From Paraspadella gotoi (Eukaryota > Animalia > Chaetognatha): a DNA stretch of 64,000 bases. Under the pieces are notes generated by a model. That model did no database searches. It was not told where the DNA came from and saw only the letters and a program-made list of their open reading frames with translations. Shown here piece after piece: positions 56,445 to 64,000 of this stretch; within the stretch, counting starts at the first letter, position 1; every line of letters begins with the position of its first letter. Both the position numbers and the translations under genes were made by a program. The stretch is from NCBI GenBank assembly GCA_051294375.1, contig CM119266.1:11539113-11603112 (forward strand). Reading direction: 5' to 3'.

Positions 56445-57761
56445 ATCTTTCTCTATCTAACTCATTAATGAGGTTCGATTTTTTTTTTCAGACTGAAACT
56501 GAAACGATAATGATTATTCGAAAAACCAAGAGGAGTGAAAATATGCAAATTATAAATCAGGCAATAGGGAGAACGAGCTATTTAGGGAAAGAATATTGTC
56601 AAGAAAATTGCAAATTTTTTCAAACTAAACTAAGTTAAACTAAATAATCAGGTGGGATATAATTACTGTGGATCTAATTCTAAGTAATTTATCTTCCCTC
56701 GACTGGAAAAGCGGAAAACAAAATGAAATTGGTTTTGGAAAGTCGAATTCAACTTTAAGGAAAAAAGATTTGTCTTTTGTGTCTGAAACCGAATATTGAG
56801 CATCTCAGGCCCACTACATTTCGCGTCACCCATTTTAGAGTTTGAATTATTCGTTGTGTCGGAATAAAAACCTCATCACCAATTTTTTTTTATTCGTCGT
56901 AACGTAAGTTGCCGCCAAACTGTTTACCACGATTACGTGAAATGGCGGGAAAATGAAGTGGAAACGACGACGACACATCAAATATATACAGACTGTTGCT
57001 TTTTTGATGAGCGACGCTGAAAAACCACGATTTTTCCGCCTTTTTAACGAGGAAGGAAGAAAAGGAAAAAATATGGGAGAAGGAGAGGAATAAGGAAAAG
57101 AAAGATAAGGAAAGGGAAGAAAAGGAAAAGAGGTGGAAGAAGGAGAGGAATAAGGAAAAGAAAGAAAAGGAAAAAGAAAAGAAGGAGGCGTTTATAAAGA
57201 GGCTTTTCGTAGAGTAGTATTTGTAGGCGAGAAAGTTGTCGATGTTGAAAGTCGCCTATCTTTTCGGAAATCTCCCCATTTCAGCCTATATTCATAATTA
57301 AGTTAAAAGATTAGGACGCTTTCGAAAAATAGTGCCGATCGTATGTGAAAAGAGGGGGAAAAAAAGTCCATTGTGACAGTTTCTCTAAAGATGCGAGAGA
57401 TGAAATATCGTAGATCGTTTGAGTCAATAGAAAGAGAGATAATTTCCAAAGAGATTCCATTGGCAATGGTAGGCGATTCCATTATGACTCAGATTCAACG
57501 AGATTCTTGAAGTTGAGAATATTATAATGTTGAAGGTGATTGTTTAGAGATTTCCAAGAATGGGGACTTTGATATAATGGTCGGGTGTATGTATAAAAGT
57601 TACGTATGTGTCCAGTATTGGATATAAACTTTTGAACTTTTGCTTAATTTATGATAGTTGTTCCTAAAAGAGAAAGAGAAAGGAAGAAAGAAAGAGAGAG
57701 AGAATGAAATACGACTTAGTATAAAAAAAGTGGAGACTTTTATAAAGAAAATAAAAGAGAG

Positions 57762-57798
<37 letters not shown>

Positions 57799-57805
57799 GA
57801 GAGAT

Positions 57806-57895
<90 letters not shown>

Positions 57896-58414
57896 AAAAT
57901 ATGGAGAGGGATTGAGAAGTAAAAAAAAAGGGAAAAACTAACAGACAATCAATTGATGTCAAAGAGCAGAAAAAAAACGAAGGCCTCCTTCCAACTTTTC
58001 ACACCTTGTCGACAACAAGAGAAAAGCCACAAGTTTCAGCGCGTGAAACTCGGGTCTCGATCTTTCGTTGTGAACGCCGTGAATGCGGATGACTTTGGTG
58101 AGGCGTCGCTCGCTCGTTTCGTTTTCTTATCGTTGTTTTTATTCTTGAGTCTTGACGTCGTTGTTGTTGTGGGTGAAGAGGATTTGCGTTGGAATGAGTT
58201 TCCCGATTCTTTTTGTCCCTAGATTTTGGTGTAACCAAGATTTCGATTTTGCCTGATTTCTCTATTTTTTTTTGCAAGGAGAAGACAACGACCCCGAAGA
58301 ATAACCCTGTCAAAGCCGCAATTTTGACTTCGTTTGGCAAAAATGCGAGAATGAGGGAGAGGGGGGAAGAGAAAAAAAAAAAAAAAGAAGAGAGAGAGAG
58401 AGAGGAGAGAGGGA

Positions 58415-58461
<47 letters not shown>

Positions 58462-58469
58462 AGAGAGAT

Positions 58470-58546
<77 letters not shown>

Positions 58547-58951
58547 AGAGAGAGAGAGACGGGGAAAAAAAAATAGAGAAATCAGGCAAAATCGAAATCT
58601 TGGTTACACCAAAAATCTTAGGGACAAAAAGAATCGCGGAAACTCATTCCAACGCAAATCCTCTTCACCCACAACAACAACGACGGTCAAGACTCAAGAA
58701 TAAAACAACGATAAGGAAAACGAAAACGAGCGAGCGACGCCTCACCAAAGTCATCCCCGCATTCACGGCGTTCACAACGAAAGATCGAGACCCGAGTTTC
58801 ACCGCGCTGAAACTTGTGGCTTTTCTCTTGTTGTCGACAAGGTGGTGAAAAGTTGGAAGGAGCCTTCGTTTTTTTTTCTGCTCTTTGACATCAATGATTG
58901 TTGTTAGTTTTTCCCTTTTTTTTTACTTCTCAATTCCCTCTCATATTTTCT

Positions 58952-59006
<55 letters not shown>

Positions 59007-59033
59007 TCTCTCTCTCCTTCTCTCTCTCTCTCA

Positions 59034-59066
<33 letters not shown>

Positions 59067-60399
59067 ATCTCTCTCTCTCTCTCTCTCTCTCTTTTATTTT
59101 CTTTAAAAAGTCTCCACTTTTTTATACTAAGTCGTATTTCATTCTCTCTCTCTTTCTTTCTTCCTTTCTCTTTCTCTTTTAGGAACAACTATCATAAATT
59201 AAGCAAAGTTCAAAAGTTTATATCCAATTACTGGACAACATACGTAACTTTTATACGATACACGCGACCCATTATATCAAAGTCCCCGATTTCTTGGAAA
59301 TCTCTAAACATATCACCTTCAACATTGAAATATTCTCAACTTCAAGAATCTCGTTGAATCTGAGTCATAATGGAATCGCCTACCAATTGCCAATGGAATC
59401 TGCTTGAAATTATCTCTTTTCTATTGACTCAAAACGATCTACGATATTCATCTCCGCATCTTTAGTAGAAACGTCACCAAATGGACCTTTTATTACCCCC
59501 CTCTTTTCACATACGAATCGGCCACTATTTTCTTCGAAAGTCGTCCTAATCTTTTAACTTAATTATGAATATAGGCTGAAATGGGGAGATTTCCGAAAGA
59601 TAGGCGACTTTCAACATCGACAACTTTCTCGGCCTACAAATATACTCTACGAAAAGCCTCTTTATAAACGCCTCTTCTTTTTTTTCCTTTTCTTTCTTTT
59701 CCTTATTCCTCTCCTTCTTCCACCTCTTTTCCTTTTCTTCCTTCCTTATCTTTCTTTCTTATTCTCTCCTTCTCCATATTTTTTCCTTTTCTTTCTTCCT
59801 CGTTAAAAAAGTCGGAAAAATCGTGGTTTTTCAGCTCGCCTCATCAAAAAAGCAACAGTCTGTTATTTGGATTGTCGTCGTCGTTTTCCACTTCATTTTC
59901 CCGCCATTTCACGTAATCGTGGTAAACAGTTTGGCGGCAACTTACGTTACGACGAATAAAAAAAATTTGGTGATGATGGTTTTTTATCCGACACAACGAA
60001 TAATTCAAACTCTAAATGAGGCTGACGCGAATTAGTGGCCGAGATGCTCAATTATTCGTTTCAGACACAAAAGACAAATCTTTTTTCCTTAAGTTGAATT
60101 CGACTTTCCAAAACCAATTTCATTTTTGTTTCCGCTTTTCCAGTCGAGGAAGATAAATTACTTATAATTAGATCCACAGTAATTATATCCCACCTGATTA
60201 TTTAGTTTAACTTATTTAGTTTGAAAAAATTTGAATTTTCTTACAATATTCTTCTCCCTAAATAGCTCGTTTCTCCTATTTGCCTGATTTATAATTTGCA
60301 TATTTTCACTCCTCTGTTTCGAATAATCATTATCGTTTCAGGTCAGTCTGAAAAAAAAAAACGAATCTTCATTAATGAGAATTAAGATAGAGAAAGAGT

Positions 60400-60456
<57 letters not shown>

Positions 60457-61331
60457 GAGGGTTGGACTTTTATCAGCAAAGAGATGTCACGCCATAAGGC
60501 TATAAAAAAAGTTAGTTTCACAGGTTTCACCAAGTGACATGTGTTTTTCAGGTTAAACAGAAGACGGAAAGCATAATTAGCAAAATTATCCGTCTATTTA
60601 AATAATATTGCAATCAAATCACACAACTAATGTGATGAAGAATGTTGGCCAACCAAGAAACGAAATTTCGCGTTAGTTCCAACGCGAAAAATTAACCAAA
60701 AAATTTTACATGCCTGGCGATTTGAAAAAAAAAAAGAAGAACTTCGAACTTTATTGACTTGTGTTTTCTAAAATCACTTACGCCCTTTAGATATAATTTT
60801 ATCCCTTTTGGTTCTGTCCTCTGTCCATTTTCTTCCATTATTTTTTTCTTTCCCTTTTCTCTTTTTAAATCTCATTCTTTTATTCGATTCATTCATGAGT
60901 TTATTTTCTCGAACGATAATCCATCGACAAAATGGAAAAAGGTCAGGATTTACATTTTCAACGCTCACGTCAAACGACGACGACGAATTCGGCAGGTAAG
61001 CAAGATTTCAAGGTAAGTTAGATTTCCTTTCTTTCGCCACTTCGTGTTATTTGGCTTCCGTTCTCTCATTCATTTATTGAGGGCAGGGAAAGTAATGTAT
61101 TTTTTAAACCTGAGGAACTTGAATTCTTTTATACTTACTTAATACCTAAATGCTTTAATAGTTTTTAATTAGACCTTTCTTTCGAAAAAAAAAATACTTA
61201 GTAACGAGGAATAATGCCTAGCAGATCTATGAAAATTCCGGTATTTCTGATGGATATAATCCATTTAATCATCGGCTATAACTTTCCTAAATTTAGTTTA
61301 TGAGAAGATCATACATTGTTTGTTTCTTTCT
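55532..61331. repeat. Large inverted (fold-back) duplication: arms ~55532-58273 and ~58565-61331, spacer ~290 bp
   Basis: The right arm is the reverse complement of the left along its whole length but with many 1-nt indels. It ends at an N gap and duplicates the first GPCR coding exon (~60932-60995, +). Confidence 0.93.
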
Positions 61332-61454
61332 NNNNNNNNNNNNNNNNNNNNNNNNNTCATGAATTGTAGATTCTCCATAGTTTCTAGACAATAGCAGAAG
61401 GAACGTTCGAACGCAAACATAAGATTAAGAAAATTACTTCTTTTGATTGTAAAA

Positions 61455-62225
61455 CTGACGTACAAACTATGTAAATTTTTCGCATGTTTCCAGACGTTGT
61501 CGGCTCGAAAGGAAAAGCCACTTCCGACCCACTTTACCTCATCCCGCCCTCTCACGCCCAACTAAAGCCCACCTGCTTCCTCACATTCCTCACACGCCTC
61601 GCAGTCGGAATTGACGGGAGAAACAAAAACAAAAGAATTATTAACTTTCTGGGAGAAACTCCGAAGGGTGAAAGGTTGGGTTGCGGTGTGAAAAAGAGCA
61701 TTAATATCACTTGAGAGGCAGCGACTCAAGCCGACCGATTTCGCCAGTTTCAATCTACATCCGGGACTCTGTTTTTTAAAATGCATTTTTCGAAATACAT
61801 GATTAAAAAAAAATTTAAAATTAAAATTAAAATTAAAAAAAAACCAGTTTTTTAAAAAACACAAAAATGATTGAGACATCGACAAATTTACTAGAAAAAC
61901 TGTTTCTCCAACGATGTGGTCGCCGACAAATAGATTTATGTCGAAGAGAAGATCCCACTTTACACGGCGAAGGTGGTGACGCGCCTTTGTAAGCGAGTCA
62001 ACGCGTCCGGAAGCAGTGGAGGCGATTTCTTGCGGCCGGGATACCATCGAGTCCCAGTTGTTGATCGACGAGGATGTCCGCTCGACTCGCCCCCTTTACC
62101 GGAAGTCGAGTGCTTCTCAAAGTCCGTGGTCGACTTTAATGGTTTCAGTCGACCATCGCCATCGGACTCTGAGGCAGCGAATGCAATCTCGTCGTAGATC
62201 GAGGCGACTACCCGACAGCCAGCAC
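61455..62225 (-). pseudogene. Degenerate two-exon coding-like fragment of unknown family
   Basis: Two GC-richer blocks (62225-61892, 61768-61455) separated by an AT-rich GT..AG segment read in one frame that is interrupted by TGA, TAA and TAG. Confidence 0.35.
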
Positions 62226-62504
62226 CTGCTTCCTTTTGATTTTCTTTAGTATTTTTTTTTTAACTTGGCCAGTTTAAATAAAATGGATTATGACGGAAGG
62301 AAAGAAAAATATTTTAATGATGGATCGGTAAGAAAATATTTTAATGACGATGAGCAAAGAAAATATTTTAATGAGGGTTGGTAAATAAAATAATTTAAAC
62401 ACCAACTTTCAAAGAAGTTAAACTCATCAGAGGGCAAAGAAAAAAAGAAATAAAAATAGAGAGATCCAAGCAGTAGCTCCACATTGAAGTAAGCTGAGTG
62501 ATGT

Positions 62505-63390
62505 AATAGTGATTGACTTTAAATAACCTTTTGAAGATAAAATGGTTTTAAAAACAAAAGCAAATAAATTTAGTCCTTGTTTAGTCTTGTGCCACCAGTG
62601 ATACTTGTCGTACTAATTTTTTTTATGGGAGCCAATGGATCATGATTCACGATTTAAATTTTTTAAAGTTTTTTTATTTTTTCCCTATTAATTTTTAGTC
62701 GGATCTGCTTATCAGCAGATCCCGANNNNNNNNNNNNNNNNNNNNNNNNNNNNNNNNNNNNNNNNNNNNNNNNNNNNNNNNNNNNNNNNNNNNNNNNNNN
62801 NNNNNNNNNNNNNNNNNNNNNNNNNNNNNNNNNNNNNNNNNNNNNNNNNNNNNNNNNNNNNNNNNNNNNNNNNNNNNNNNNNNNNNNNNNNNNNNNNNNN
62901 NNNNNNNNNNNNNNNNNNNNNNNNNNNNNNNNNNNNNNNNNNNNNNNNNNNNNNNNNNNNNNNNNNNNNNNNNNNNNNNNNNNNNNNNNNNNNNNNNNNN
63001 NNNNNNNNNNNNNNNNNNNNNNNNNNNNNNNNNNNNNNNNNNNNNNNNNNNNNNNNNNNNNNNNNNNNNNNNNNNNNNNNNNNNNNNNNNNNNNNNNNNN
63101 NNNNNNNNNNNNNNNNNNNNNNNNNNNNNNNNNNNNNNNNNNNNNNNNNNNNNNNNNNNNATGCTCCTGTATGTACTGAATAAACCTTGTTGAATTCGAA
63201 ATAAAACGCATATAATAGTGATTGACTTTAAATAACCTTTTGAAGATAAAATGGTTTTAAAAACAAAAGCAAATAAATTTAGTCCTTATTTAGTCTTGCA
63301 CCTCCAGCGATACTCGTCGTACTAATGTTTTTTATGATTTACGATTTAACTTTTTTAATTTTTTTAAATTTTTTCCCTATTATTTTTTTG
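62505..63390 (+). repeat. Diverged ~190 bp direct repeat flanking an N gap (62505-62695 and 63213-63390)
   Basis: taatagtgattgactttaaataaccttttgaagataaaatggttttaaaaacaaaagcaaataaatttagtcctt occurs at both positions. Confidence 0.85.
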
Positions 63391-64000
63391 TTCGTAAATT
63401 GTATTAACGAGATCATAATCAACTTTCTCGAATCAACCTCGGCCACTAATTACGCCATGAGTTTTTTCTTTTAGAGATTTTAAAGAAAATAATGAATAAA
63501 TTCTTGTCTTCCATTCACATTTTGAAATATGGAGAAGTTTTTTANNNNNNNNNNNNNNNNNNNNNNNNNNNNNNNNNNNNNNNNNNNNNNNNNNNNNNNN
63601 NNNNNNNNNNNNNNNNNNNNNNNNNNNNNNNNNNNNNNNNNNNNNNNNNNNNNNNNNNNNNNNNNNNNNNNNNNNNNNNNNNNNNNNNNNNNNNNNNNNN
63701 NNNNNNNNNNNNNNNNNNNNNNNNNNNNNNNNNNNNNNNNNNNNNNNNNNNNNNNNNNNNNNNNNNNNNNNNNNNNNNNNNNNNNNNNNNNNNNTTTTTT
63801 TTTGTTTTCCTTTGTATTTTTTTGGAAAACACGTAGTTGGAGAGAATGAGAGAGTTTTTTTAGAGAAATAACGAAGTGAAATTGATAGGCGAGTATATCG
63901 TAGTTTGTTGCTGTTACTTTCCATAGAGAAGCGTGGAAAGCAAACGCGATAAAAGAGATAATAAAGTAAAGGGAAAAATAGGTAGGCACCTTTAAATTCA

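Noticed and set aside
57999-58848. Mirror-image ORFs around the palindrome centre
   Set aside because: Created by the inverted duplication and microsatellite. May be a non-coding 5' exon of the GPCR, with no protein motif.
62663-63989. ORFs containing long X runs
   Set aside because: Artefacts of N gaps.

Overview
Compact, intron-rich animal (invertebrate-type) genomic window, dense in (AG)n/(CT)n microsatellites and carrying signs of long-read or amplification error (single-base frameshifts in conserved genes, a ~2.75 kb fold-back duplication, N gaps). Spliced genes I could reconstruct by hand, left to right: TACC coiled-coil gene (+), 2'-5' oligoadenylate synthetase-like nucleotidyltransferase (-), NCOA5-like RRM gene (+), goosecoid homeobox (-), a ~29 kb KIF28/KLP-6-like kinesin-3 gene (-), an SLC35G/EamA transporter (-) and a myosuppressin/sex-peptide-receptor-like GPCR (-). 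The most unusual content is in the kinesin gene. Its first intron is a textbook U12 AT-AC intron. Its 11.5 kb intron hosts opposite-strand nested genes: an 8-exon multi-pass membrane protein I cannot assign to a family, and two related cationic cystine-knot (knottin/ICK-like) peptide sequences sharing a TLGRFC motif, one with a complete signal-propeptide-RxxR precursor. Gene names come from motif recognition only, no database search was run, and exon coordinates are hand-derived.
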